From the NCBI RefSeq assembly GCF_009914755.1, contig NC_060940.1: 64,000 bases of DNA; one strand, written 5' to 3'. The DNA comes from the human T2T-CHM13v2.0 reference genome, Homo sapiens. Shown piece after piece: positions 1 through 39,051 of the stretch (the stretch's first letter is position 1; each line of letters begins with the position of its first letter). The translations under genes and the position numbers were made by a program. The notes beneath the pieces are model-generated. The model saw only the letters and a program-made list of their open reading frames with translations. It was not told the origin of the DNA and searched no databases.

Positions 1-437
1 CCCAGCTAAGCACCTCTTCTTGGTGTGAGAAACTGACTGTGATTCTGCTCTGTGGGTCTCCAAATCTGATGAGACAGGTTATCACTCCATTCCAGATTGA
101 TCCTACTGATTGAGTTCCCAAACCAGCCCATTACATTGACCACTGGGAGGTCTGGGTGACTACTATTGGTTCTGGCTATAACCCCTAGTCCAGTTGGTTG
201 TGGCCTTGGTGATGGGTTACTGGTTTCTAGTATTGTAAGCCTATATGTACATGGAACCCCTGTCCTTCTTTTCCTACATATATGATAGTATACAGAACAA
301 ATTGTTCTAAATGTTCTCTACAAGTGACTTGGACCACTCTCACCAGTTCTCTTTAACATTGCACTAGAAGTGGAAGCTAGTGCAATAAGTCAAGGAAAAG
401 AAATAAAAGTCATAAGGATTTGGGGGGGAAGCAAAAT

Positions 438-470
<33 letters not shown>

Positions 471-911
471 GAGACGGGGTCTTGCTTTGCCACCCAGGAT
501 GGAGTGCAGTAGTGCAGTCATGGCTCACCACAGCTTCAAACTTCTGGGCTCAAATGATCCTCCTACCTCAGCCTTCAAAGTAGCTGGGACTACAGGCTGA
601 TCTTGAACTGGGCTCAAGAGTTCCTCCCGCCTTGGCCTCCCAAAATGCAAGCCACCACGCTCAACTCCAAACTATCATTATTTACATGACATGATTAGGT
701 ACAGAGAAATTTCCAGTAAGTCTACAGACAAGCTACTGGAATCAATAAGTGAATCTGTGCAGAAGTTGATCTTGGTTGAAAAAGAAAGAAAACAAACAAA
801 AATAAGTGAATTTGGAATGGCTGCTGCATCCAAGGTTAATATTTAAAAGTTAATTATATTTTTATAAATAAGCAACATATATAGACATTTGCATTAAAAA
901 ATGAAACAATT

Positions 912-1220
<309 letters not shown>

Positions 1221-1284
1221 AAACATTTTAACTAAAAACTTAAAATGCTATATGATAGAATAAATGATGAAAAATCTCGAAATA

Positions 1285-1855
1285 GACCCTTTTCACAAGA
1301 TGGCACCAAAGGCAAAGAAGGAAGCTCCTGCCCCCCTAAAGCTGAAGCCAAATCGAAGGCTTTGAAGGACAAGAAGGCAGTGCTGAAAGGTGTCCACAGC
1401 CACATAAAAAAGAAGATCCACACATCACCCATCTTCCCGTGGCCAAGACGCTGCGACTCCAGAGGTAGCCCAGATATCCTCAGAAGAGCACCCCAGGAGA
1501 AACAAGCTTGACCACTATGTTATCATCAAGTTTGTACTGGCTACTAAGTTTGCCATGAAGAAGATAGAAGACAACGTCTGGGCGCGTTGGTTCACACCTG
1601 TAATCCCAGCACTATGGGAGGCTGAGGCGGGCGGATCACGAGGTCAAGAGATTGAGACCATCTGGCCAACATGGTGAAACTCCGTCGCTACTAAAAATAC
1701 AAAAATTAGCTGGGCGTGGTGGCATGTGCCTGTAGTCCCAGCTACTTGGGAGGTAGAGGCAGGAGAATCGCTTGAACCCTGGAGAGGTGGAGGTTGCAGT
1801 GAGCTGAGATCGTGCCACTGCACTCCAGTCTGGCGACAGAAGGAGACTCCGTCTC

Positions 1856-1886
<31 letters not shown>

Positions 1887-2126
1887 CATTGCGGATGTTA
1901 AAGCCAGCAAGCACCAGATCGAACAGGCTGTGAAGAAGCTCTATGACACTGATGTGGCCAAGGTCATCACTCTGATTCAGCCTGACGGAGAGAAGAAGGC
2001 ACATGTTAGACTGGCTTCTGATTACGATGCTTTGGATGTTGCCAACAAAGTTGGGATCATCTAAACTGAGTCCGGCTGGCTAACTCTAAATATATATATA
2101 TCTTTTTGCCTTCCTCCAAAAAAAAA
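1285..2126 (+). pseudogene. RPL23A processed pseudogene (intronless, frameshifted, split by an Alu)
   Basis: Pyrimidine-rich 5' end GACCCTTTTCACAAG then ATG at 1300 ([10 protein letters not shown]). Fragments [23 protein letters not shown] and [21 protein letters not shown]...[14 protein letters not shown] (stop 2062-2064) match RPL23A. Two frameshifts, poly(A) at 2118-2126, degenerate TSD (AAAATCTCGAAATA / AAAAACTAGAAATTA). Pseudogene number not determinable. Confidence 0.95.
1576..1884 (+). mobile_element. AluS (AluSc-like) inserted in the RPL23A pseudogene
   Basis: Full Alu with long A tail interrupting the RPL23A CDS between GACAAC and TTCATT. Confidence 0.92.
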
Positions 2127-2417
2127 CTAGAAATTATTACAATGAAAGACATACAAGACCTCTGCACTGAAAACTACAAAGTAATTTTCCAAAAAAGTTA
2201 AAGATAGCTAAATAAATGGAGAAACATACCAAAATCATAGATTGGAAGATTTATATTATAATGAATTTTTCTGATTTCTTCAAATTGATCTATAGACTTA
2301 ATGTAATTCCAGTAAAATCTCAGAATGATTTTCACTGCAAGCTCATTCTAGAATTTATATGTAGAAGCAGAAAACCAGGAATGGCCAAAGTAATCCTGAA
2401 GAATAAGAACAGAGTTG

Positions 2418-4592
<2,175 letters not shown>

Positions 4593-4817
4593 TAGAAAAA
4601 AAACTTCTACAAAAATCAATAAGAAAACAACAGACTACTTAAGGGGAAAAAAGGGCAAAAATATTTGAATCAGCATTTCACAAAGAGGATTCCCAAATAG
4701 CCAAAAACCAAAAGAGAAAAACTTAAAATAGTGTTCACTTTCACAACCATAATAAGGAACCACTACACACCCAGCAGAATGGCTGAACAGATGCCAAATG
4801 TCAGCAAGGAAGTAGAG

Positions 4818-5211
4818 TATCTTAGTCCATTTCATGCTGCTATAACAAAATACCCAAGACTTGGCAATTTATAAAGAACAGAGATTTATTTCACACAGTT
4901 CTGGAGACAGGGAAGTCCAAGGTCGAGGGAATTGCATCTGACCAGGGCCTTCTTGCTGCACCATCCCATAGTGGAAAGTGAAACGGCAGAAGTGCTCATG
5001 TGAGAGAAAAGGGAAGGAGGTAGAACTCACCCTTTTATCATGAACCAACTCCAGTGATAACTAAATCACTCCTACCATAATGACATTATTCATGAAGACA
5101 GAGCCCTCAGGATCTCTAATCACCTCTTAAATGACCCACCGCTCAACACTGTTGCTTTGGGGATTAATTTTCCAAGACATGAACTTTGGGGGACACATTC
5201 AAATCATAGCA
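4818..5211 (-). mobile_element. MaLR solo LTR (MLT1A-like)
   Basis: TATCTTAGTCCATTTCATGCTGCTATAACAAAATACC...GGGGGACACATTCAAATCATAGCA termini; degenerate 5-bp TSD TAGAG/TAGGG. Confidence 0.8.
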
Positions 5212-5604
5212 TAGGGAAAGTAGAAATTTCATATACTGCCAAAGGACATGTAAATTGGTAGAGAACCTGGCAAAAAGTCTTTGGCAGTATCTGCTAAAGC
5301 AGAATATATGCATACTCATGACCCAGATGTTCTACTCCTAGATATACACTCAACAGAAATGGGTACATATGGGCTAGGCATGGTGGCTCATGCCTGTAAT
5401 CTCACCCCTTTGGGAGGCTGAGGTGAAAGCATCCTTTTAGGCCAGGAGTTAGAGATCAGCTTGGGCAACATAGCAAGACCTCATCTCTGCAAAATTTTTT
5501 TTCTTTTTAAGTTAGCCTGGTGGCATGTGCCTGTAGTCCTGGCGACTCAGGACTTTGTGATTACAATGAGCTATGATTGCACCACTGCATTCCAGCCTGG
5601 GTGA

Positions 5605-14290
<8,686 letters not shown>

Positions 14291-14311
14291 CATTCCACCT
14301 TCCCAGTTGCT

Positions 14312-14480
14312 TGTTATGAACTGAATGTTTGTGTCTCCAAAAATCCATATGTTGAAACTCTAAGCCCCAGTGTGGCTGTATTTGGTGATGGGCCCTCTAA
14401 AGAAGTAATTGAGGTTAAATAGGTCATAAGGATGGAGCCTTGATCTGATAGGATTAGTATCCTCATCAGAAGAGATACCA
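14312..14480 (+). mobile_element. MLT1A-like LTR 5' fragment
   Basis: TGTTATGAACTGAATGTTTGTGTCTCCAAAAATCCATATGTTGAAACTCTAA. Confidence 0.7.
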
Positions 14481-14529
14481 GTCAGCTCGATCTCTTAGTG
14501 TCAGCTACACCCGCAATGATGTGTGAGCA

Positions 14530-18240
<3,711 letters not shown>

Positions 18241-19327
18241 TTCTTGGCAGGGCACGGTGGCTCATGCCTCTAATTCCAGCACTGTAGGAGGCTGAGGCGG
18301 GTGGATCACCTGAGGTCAGGTGTTTGAGACTAGCCTGGCCAACATGGAAAAACCCCATTTCTACTAAAAATACAAAACTTAGCAGAACTTATAACAAACT
18401 ACAAAAACTTATAACAAAACTGCAAAACTGTGAGAAAAAATAATCATTTGAAAACTGGAGATTGATCAAAATTATAAGTAGTAGGTAGAATAATGGGTGA
18501 CAGAGTGAGATTCTGTCTCAAAAAAAGAAAAAAGAAAAAACTAACACAGTATGTAACAAATTGAGAAGTGTTTACTTTGAAAAGTCTTGAACTTTAATGA
18601 GAAAAGAATGAGGGCTTTGTGTGGGTGGGTGGGTGTTTCAGAGCTTCCTCACTCAGTCATTCTGGAAGTCCCATCTATATGTGATACATTCTTACAATGG
18701 AATACTGTGGAGGAATGAGAATGAAGTAAAAGGGCAAGCAAAGACATGGCTGAATCTCCTAAACATAATGTTGAATGAAAGGAGTCAGGCACAGGCCAGG
18801 TGCAGTGGCTCATGCCTGTAGTCCTAGCTGCTAGGGGAGCTGAGGTGGGAGGATAGCTGAGGTTGAGGCTGAAGCGAACCGTGATCGTGCCACCGGACTC
18901 CAGTCTGGGTGACAGAGCGAGACGCTGTCTCAAAAAAAGAGAAGAAGTCAGGCATAAAGGAATGCTTTCTGTATGATTCAGTGTTTCTTTCTGTTCTTTG
19001 TTTGTTTGTTTTTTTGAGACAGTGTTTCTCTCTGTCACCCCCCCCGGCTCATTGCAGCCTTGGCCTCCCAGGCTCAAGTGATCCTCCCACCTCAGTCTCT
19101 CTAGTAGCTAGGGGCCACAGGCTTGCATCACCATGCCTGGCTAATTTTTGTATTTTTTTTTTTTTTTTTTGGAGAGATGGGGCCTCACTACATTGCCTAG
19201 GCTGGTCTCGAACTTGGGCTCAGGTAATCCTCCTACCTCAGCTTCCCAAAGTGCTGGGATTAGAGGCATGAGCACCCAGTGCACCCAGTCACTTTTTCTA
19301 TGATTCAAATAGAAATAACTAGTTTAG

Positions 19328-19738
<411 letters not shown>

Positions 19739-20959
19739 TCTTGTTCTTCTTCTTCTTTTTTTATTTTTTAACTTTTTATCTTCTAGTAATTTCAAACTTA
19801 CAGCAAATTTGCAAAAATAGAGTAAAGAAATCCTGTATTTCCTGTATTTCCATCATCCTGATCCACCAACTGTTAACATTTTACCACTTGAGAAAATAAT
19901 AATTCTTTCCGTACGAGGAGTCCAAGCCCATGTAGATACAGCATCCCTGTGACAGTGACTTCCAGGATCCCACACTAAAAGAAGGGCAAGAGGAGGAGCC
20001 TTCTGACACATGGTTGGTCCTGGGGGACCCATTCCTTAGGTAGGTGGCCACTGACCACAGAAAGAGATGACACTGTTCATTGTCCAGTTTGAAGGCTCCT
20101 GAGATTCCAAACGCTCTTGGTTCCCCCCTGGTCTTCTCTATAATTCTCCATCTGTGTCCAGATTACCAGGCTTCAGGGTGAGTAAATAACAGGGAACCGA
20201 GGGTTGGGAGGCACTACGGAAAGAACCCTGGGCTCTGGGATAAACGTCCATACATTTTCTTCTTCTTTCTTCCCCTCACACCATTCCTCATGCTTTTCTG
20301 CTTCCCCTTTCTGCTTCCTTCCCTATAAGATGTCACCTCCTCTCAGTTTCAGCCACTACCTCTTGTCTGGGGACTGGGAGTTGGAGTTTCCCTGGGTCAA
20401 GCATGTCACCGTCCAGCTCGGGTGTTCCATCTGTGAAATGTGCAAGGGGCATTTATACCCTTTCAATCACCAAAGGCTGTTGTAAAGATCATTTGGAGCT
20501 GCGAATGTGCAAGTTGTTGATCCTCAAATAGCCTGGCAGTGGCAGGCATGACCAGTCCCATTTCACAGAGTCAGGGCCTGAGTCCCAAGGGCACAGGGCC
20601 TGGTAGTCAAGCTTCACTGCCAGTTGGTAGCAGAGCCCGTATCTCTGAGACTTAGGATATAGCCATGCTACTCACACCCTCACCCTACAGGCTATAAGAT
20701 GACTCTCATTTTTATAGAATACCAAAAAGCCAATTGGAAACCCACAAAACATATCAAATGGCAGAAGAGGTAGATGGAATGTGTAGAATTGTTTGCTTTT
20801 CTAAGGGTTTTCTTCTTGAAGAAAGAGCAATTGTGGTTTTACAATGGGACTTGCTCGGAAATCCAGGCCAGGACAAGCTGCTTATTCAGAACAAAGTCCT
20901 GGAGGGTAAGTCATCTTCTCTTTGCCCAATCATTGTTCCTTGGAGGATGTCCATTATTT

Positions 20960-21379
20960 GCAGAGCCTGGCTGGCTCTTTGCCAAACCTATTTCCTCTTC
21001 TTGAGTACACCTCTTCTGTTTCCCAGCCTTCCTTGCAAACAGGTGAGGTCAGGTGTCTGAATTCTGGCTAATGGAATGTGATCAGAGCTGATGCACCCAA
21101 CTTCCAGGCTTGGACCAAAAAAGTTTCCCACGCTCCAGGCCTGCTTCTATTTTCCCTTTTATGACTTGATGTAGATGAACACGGCGATCTGTTAACAACA
21201 GCAGAACCACAAATGGGAGGAGTCCGGGTGCCTGAACCGCCACTTGGAGAAGAGCTGCCCATTAATCAGGAACATCTGTTTTGGACTTTATGTGGTGAAA
21301 CATAAACTTACTGTGTCTGAGCCATTATACAATTTGAGGTTTGTTTGTTATGACATCTGACGTTACAGTACCTAATACA
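20960..21379 (+). mobile_element. Old MaLR LTR (MLT1J/I-like)
   Basis: TTCTGGCTAATGGAATGTGA...TTTGTTTGTTATGACA...CCTAATACA terminus. Confidence 0.6.
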
Positions 21380-21503
21380 TGCCAGTTTACCTGATTCCAA
21401 TGGTTCCTTTTTTAACTACAGAAGACATTTATATCCTTCACGTGTTCAATGATTTCTCCCACATAAATCAAAAGTATTTTCTTAGTCCCCTATTAGAACC
21501 TCA

Positions 21504-23150
<1,647 letters not shown>

Positions 23151-23244
23151 GTGGCTCTGAGATATGAGGGCCTCGTTTGCTTTCCTAGCTGTACACTGTG
23201 TGGGTCACCGAGCTCTCAGTTTGGTATTAGCAATTAATTTATAA

Positions 23245-25890
<2,646 letters not shown>

Positions 25891-25894
25891 TGTG

Positions 25895-28249
<2,355 letters not shown>

Positions 28250-28861
28250 TCACTTGAGCCCAGGAGTGGGAGACCAGCCTGGGCAACATGGTGAAACCCC
28301 ATATCTGCTAAAAATACAACAACTGAGGTGGGAGAATCACCTGAGCCTGGGGAGATCGGGGCTGCAGTGAGCTGTGATTGTGACACCGCACTCCAGCCTG
28401 GGCGACAGAGTAAGATACCGTCTTGAAAAAAAAAAAAAAAAACAACGAAAGAAATCAGTGGTTGAAGTGTTCCTCTCAACCCCATACAGAGCCTCTCCTG
28501 GGGCACCCCCTGCGTCTGCTGAAAAGAGGAAGCTCCGAGACAGCTGTTCAGGGCAGGGGCTTTCTTTTTAAATCTCTGTGGATATATAAAAGCCCAGCCA
28601 CCCTACTTCTAGGAATTTGCCCACCAGAAGCATTCCCCCTTGCAAGTACACTCAAGGAAGGTTATTTTGACATTATTCTATAAATGAAAAAGACTGGAAA
28701 AGCCCAAAATATCCATCAGTCGGGGACTGGCTATAGGCATTATGGTATATCCATATCGTGGAAAACCACCCAGCCAATAGAAAGAACACGGTTTGGCTAG
28801 ATATTTTGATAGACGCATTTTACGTGAAAAAACCAAGGTGCAAAACAGGTTTTCGTATATC

Positions 28862-29090
28862 TTATCTTCTGCTCTTCCTTCCTGCCTCCTTCTTCCCTCC
28901 TTTCTTTCTTCCTTCCTTCTCTCGCTCTTCCATCCTTCCCTCCCACCATCCTTCCTCCTTCCCTCCTCCCTCCTTCCCTCTTTCTTCCTTCCCTCCCTCC
29001 CTTTCTTCCTTCCTTTTTACCCCCCTGCACCTTCCTTCCTTCCATCCCTTCCTCCCTCTCTTCCTTCTCACTTCCCATCTTCCTTCCTTT
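28862..29090 (+). repeat. CT-rich polypyrimidine low-complexity tract
   Basis: ~230 bp of degenerate CCTT/CCCT units. Confidence 0.9.
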
Positions 29091-29469
29091 ACACAGAAGC
29101 TTGCAATATGCATAGCCTATTTCTGAAGGACAAACAAGAAATCATTAAGCCTGTTTGCCTCTGAGGAAAGGAAATTAAACCTGGCATGGGGGTGAGTAGC
29201 ATCTCAGAGGTGGGAAAACTGCTTTTCATTCTACCCCTTTTGTAATGCATGAATTTAAAATTTTATCTTTTTGCATAGGTCAGTCATGCACATGGAAAAA
29301 TGTTCAAATCATAAGTAAGGGCATTTGGTGGAAAGTAAGTCTTCCCCTCTGAGCACCTGCCCCACCCACTACCCTGAGTCCTTGGAGGCAACTAATAGAG
29401 ATTGTTTGTGTATCTTTCCACATATAAACTATACACTTGTGCAAATACACATTTATATGTTATTGTGTA

Positions 29470-31520
<2,051 letters not shown>

Positions 31521-32259
31521 TCTACCTTAATGTATTTTTAATAAACACATTAATTTAAACAAAAGAAGAAGGAAGGTTGAGGAAAAGAGGGTTAGATCTG
31601 GGAGCTTTCCACACATTGCAGCATGGACAGAAGGATAACACCAGCATAAAACACCTGACAGGAGGAGAGAAGACACCCCCATCAACAACAGCTGCCCTCT
31701 GTGTCTCTGATGATTCCCCACCTGCAGCCCCAAGAGGAACTCCCCTTTCCTTTCTTTGAAAGCTGGTTTCCCGTGTCCTTTTTGGCCATGGCATTGAATG
31801 CCATGCCTGCTCTTCTCCAGCTCCCAGGAGGTCAAGGGCACTGGGGGTGCAAAGGTTGCTGGCCCCCAGGTGTGACTTACCTTCCTTGTAAGCCCAGGGA
31901 GAGGGGTAATGGGGAGGGCGGCTGCTGCAAAGGCTGAGCCAGCAGCAAGGACTTGGAGCCCTGCCGAGTCCCTGGGGACTCAGGGGCTCTCCAGGGGGGA
32001 GCCCCTGAGCCCACCCATGGAGGGACCTCGGCCTTGGAGTGCCCCCTGTAAGAAAACCCCAGGTTCGGGTGAAGAGCCACCAGGCCAATTCTCTGTCACT
32101 CACTTTCAGTCCTCCAAGAGCCGCCCATAGGCCACAGGATGACTTCCACATTTAAAGATTTCTTCTCCGCCACCCCAAGTTTTTATTATGACACATTTTA
32201 TTCTTATTTATTTTGTTTTTTCTTTCCCCCCACCCCAATACCTTCAGCTGCCTTTATAT

Positions 32260-34250
<1,991 letters not shown>

Positions 34251-34808
34251 GGGAGCACCTTTTAAAAAATGGTGAAACTGTGAATCACATACATTTACCA
34301 TTGTAACCATTTTTAAGTGTACAGTTCAGTGGAATTAAGTACATTCACATTGTTGTGCAACCATCACTATCATCCACCTCCAGAACTTTCATCTTGCAGA
34401 ATGGAGACTGTGTCCCCATGAAACACTAACGCCCATTCCCCCACCTCCAGCCCCTGGCAACCACGATTTTGCCTTCTGTCTCTGTGAATGTGACTATTCC
34501 AGGTTCCCCAAAGCAGTGGAATCATACAGTGTTTGTTCTTTTGTGACTGGTCCTGGGTCATGGCTTTTGAAAAGAGGTCCTCCGAGATGATGCCGTGCAC
34601 TTCAGATTGCATCCTAGCAGGAGCTCACAGGAACCCTGCGGTCCCTGCCTGCCAGCCTCTCCACTCAGCTGTGCTCTGCATCTCTACCCATTCTGTCTCT
34701 ACCCACACTGTCTCAGCTGTTCAGCCCTCTCACTCTGTCTGGGCCTTTGCATTTGCTGTGCTCCCTGGCAGGCTCCTTCCTATCTTCTTTTTTTTTTTTT
34801 TTTTTTGA

Positions 34809-35105
<297 letters not shown>

Positions 35106-35334
35106 TGAATTTCAGCTGAAATGTCACCCCGTTCTAGAGGCCTTTCCCGACTGCCTATCCCAAAGCTGCTTCTTTGTTTCATTCGCTTCCCGGTGTTCCT
35201 CCCAGCCTGACATTACCTTGTTTGCCATGTTTGTCTGTTGTGGAAGACAAACTCCATGAGAGCATGGGCCCCTGCTCTCCTGTTCAGGCTGCCTTCCCAG
35301 GCTCTGGCAGTGCACTTGGCACATAGTAGGTGCT

Positions 35335-36124
<790 letters not shown>

Positions 36125-36309
36125 GCGTTCAATAAATATTTGCTGAATGAAGGAATTGGATGAATGGATGGGTCCCTTTATACATGGAGTCCCAAGTTCT
36201 GAGTTCCAGGCCTGGCGTAGCCTCTGTGTGGCTGTGTGAACTGGGCAAGTCCTCTCTCTCTGAACCTCAGTTTCCTCCTTCATTAGATGTGTTCTTTTTT
36301 TTCTTTCTT

Positions 36310-36342
<33 letters not shown>

Positions 36343-37659
36343 AGATGGACTCTCATTCTCTCACCCAGGCTAGAGTGCAGTGGCGCAATCTTGGCTCACT
36401 GCAACCTCTGCCTCTCACCGGATTCAAGCGATTCTCCTGCCTCTCAGCCCCCCAAGTAGCTGGGATTACAGGCGCAAGCGATCACACCCGGCCAATTTTT
36501 GTATTTTTGGTAGAGATGGGGTTTCTCCATGTTGGCCAGGCTGGTCTTGAACTCCTGACCTCAGGTGATCCACCTGCCTGGGCCTTCCAAAGTGCTGGGA
36601 TTACAGTCATGAATCACTGCACCCAGCCCATGTGTTCTGAGCACCCAACATGTGCCTGATCCTCAGAGGGCCCTGGGAATGCCAAGAAAAATGAAGGGAG
36701 ACCCCAGCCTCCTAGAGCTTGGAGTCTGACTTCTAGGGAGGGGCTTGAGAAAGAGAAAACCTGACCCAGTCTGCTCAGGGCCACATTCCAGGTCCCCTAG
36801 AAGGCTTTGAAGTCCTGAGAGGGTGTGCTTACCAAGGACATGACATTTCAAACAGCTTTGACGCATAAGTAGGAGTTTATGTGGTAGAGATGTGGAAAGT
36901 GACATTAAAGGCCAGGGACAGGCCGCAGTCCCTTTTGAGGAAGTGTGAGGAGTGCGGTGTGATCCCTCAGGGGAAGGAGACCAGTGGGGAAAGGCCTGTC
37001 CGGAAACGGGGCCTTGAAGGCCACAGACAGGAGCCCGGGACCTGCCTTTAGGTGAATGGGGAGCCACGGCAGGGTTCTGAAGCAGGAGAGAGAGTGTGTA
37101 GCTCTGGACCACTCACGCTGGCTGCTGCAGGGTGGGGATGGCATTGAGGAGGCCAGCATCCCAGCCTGAGGTGGAGGTGGCCTGGACTGGGCAGGAACAG
37201 TGGGGTTGGAGAGAAGGAGCAGATCTGAGAGAGATTTAGGAAGCAGAATCAACGGGACATGGACATGGTGAGGGACTGAGACAGGAGTGGGGGAGGGAGA
37301 GCCCGGCAGCCACTGGGAAGGAAGATCAGGCAGGACAGAAGTGTGGGTAGATGCTTTCCATAAACCGTTGAGAAATCCACGACCTGGCCCAAATGTGGAC
37401 TTCACGAGAAGCCCCAGATGGGTCAATGGGTCCATAGGCCTCTCCCATTGAAGAGAGACCAGTAATGCCGTCATTAAGGGTACAAGACAGGCCTCAATTC
37501 TAGGTGAGGGTTGGTCCACGTTCTCACTTGATTTACAACCAGTGAAGTCAACAGAGCTGTGAAACCATCTCCCCCATTTCCAGATGGGGAAACCAAGTCC
37601 CAGAGACACCCAGACATGGCCAAGGCCACACAGTGCAGAGACCCTGGGGAGCACAAGCC

Positions 37660-37905
37660 TCTAAGAGGGGGATTTTACAAGTCTGTCTGAAACCAGAGGC
37701 GAGGACAGAGTTGAGGGGGGGTCCCCTCTGAGTGGTTCCCCGCCAAAGAGAATTTCTCCACTTTGGAGGAAGTGGGAGGTAGTTCTTCTTTTGAGATGTG
37801 AATGTCAAGTGACTCTGGGCACCCCGGTGACTAAGAGGTAAGTAAGTGAGGCTTGTGGGTGGAGCCAGCACCTTAAATAGCAGGTCTTCCTATGTCCCTT
37901 TGCAG
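37660..37905 (+). promoter_or_regulatory. CCL22: CCL22 proximal promoter
   Basis: TATA-like TTAAATA 37873-37879 about 60 bp before the ATG; PU.1/ETS GAGGAAGT 37766-37773; kB-like GGGGATTTTAC (~37668) and GGGGGTCCCC (~37717-37726); AP-1-like TGACTCT (~37810). Confidence 0.75.
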
Positions 37906-37935
37906 ACACCTGGGCTGAGACATACAGGACAGAGC

Positions 37936-38008
37936 ATGGCTCGCCTACAGACTGCACTCCTGGTTGTCCTCGTCCTCCTTGCTGTGGCGCTTCAAGCAAC
38001 TGAGGCAG
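37936..38008 (+). CDS. CCL22: CCL22 exon 1 CDS (signal peptide)
   Basis: MARLQTALLVVLVLLAVALQATEA plus 1 nt; donor GTGAGG at 38009; phase 1. Confidence 0.98.
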
Positions 38009-38419
38009 GTGAGGCTGGGGAGCAGGAAGACCCCCTACAGAGGCCAGGGCAGACGGTGGGGTGTCTTCCTCATGTCTTGGACAAGCACTGGACCAAGAGC
38101 AGAAGACCTCAGTCTGCTGTTGGCTCTTGCGGCCTTCGGCTAGTTGCAGTGCTTCTCTGGGCCTCAGTTTACAAGTCTGTTGAATGGGCAGTCTTGAAGA
38201 CTTGGAGTCTAGGATCTGTCTCACCTGGGTTGGGGGTTGTGGTGGGCATAGCCTCGGGATCTCCTGCCCCAGAAAACTCAAGCATAGGGCCCTAGGGGTG
38301 TGGGTGAGGAGCTTCTAAGGGTCAGGTCTGAGTGGGGGAAGGCAGGGCTGGGGCAAGGGGTTCTCCCTTGGAAAGCTGGTGCTGCCCTCCCACCATCCAT
38401 TTTTTAAAATGTTATTATT

Positions 38420-39051
<632 letters not shown>

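Noticed and set aside
1-330. Unassigned sequence at the window start
   Set aside because: Could not match it to any gene or repeat by eye, so no call is made
1245-2064. RPL23A-like ORFs as a functional gene
   Set aside because: Frameshifts, Alu interruption, no introns and a genomic poly(A) indicate a processed pseudogene
28758-29164. Pro/Ser/Phe- and Gly/Arg/Glu-rich ORFs (similar ones at 32305-32924 and 55449-55923)
   Set aside because: Artefacts of low-complexity and microsatellite DNA
31555-32151. 198-aa minus-strand ORF
   Set aside because: No recognisable protein family; the region reads better as a regulatory island
36905-37654. 249-aa minus-strand ORF upstream of CCL22
   Set aside because: No recognisable domain, overlaps diverged L2-like sequence, consistent with a chance ORF
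37846-38295. 149-aa ORF spanning CCL22 exon 1
   Set aside because: Non-ATG start upstream of the TATA-like box and read-through into intron 1; only 37936-38008 is coding
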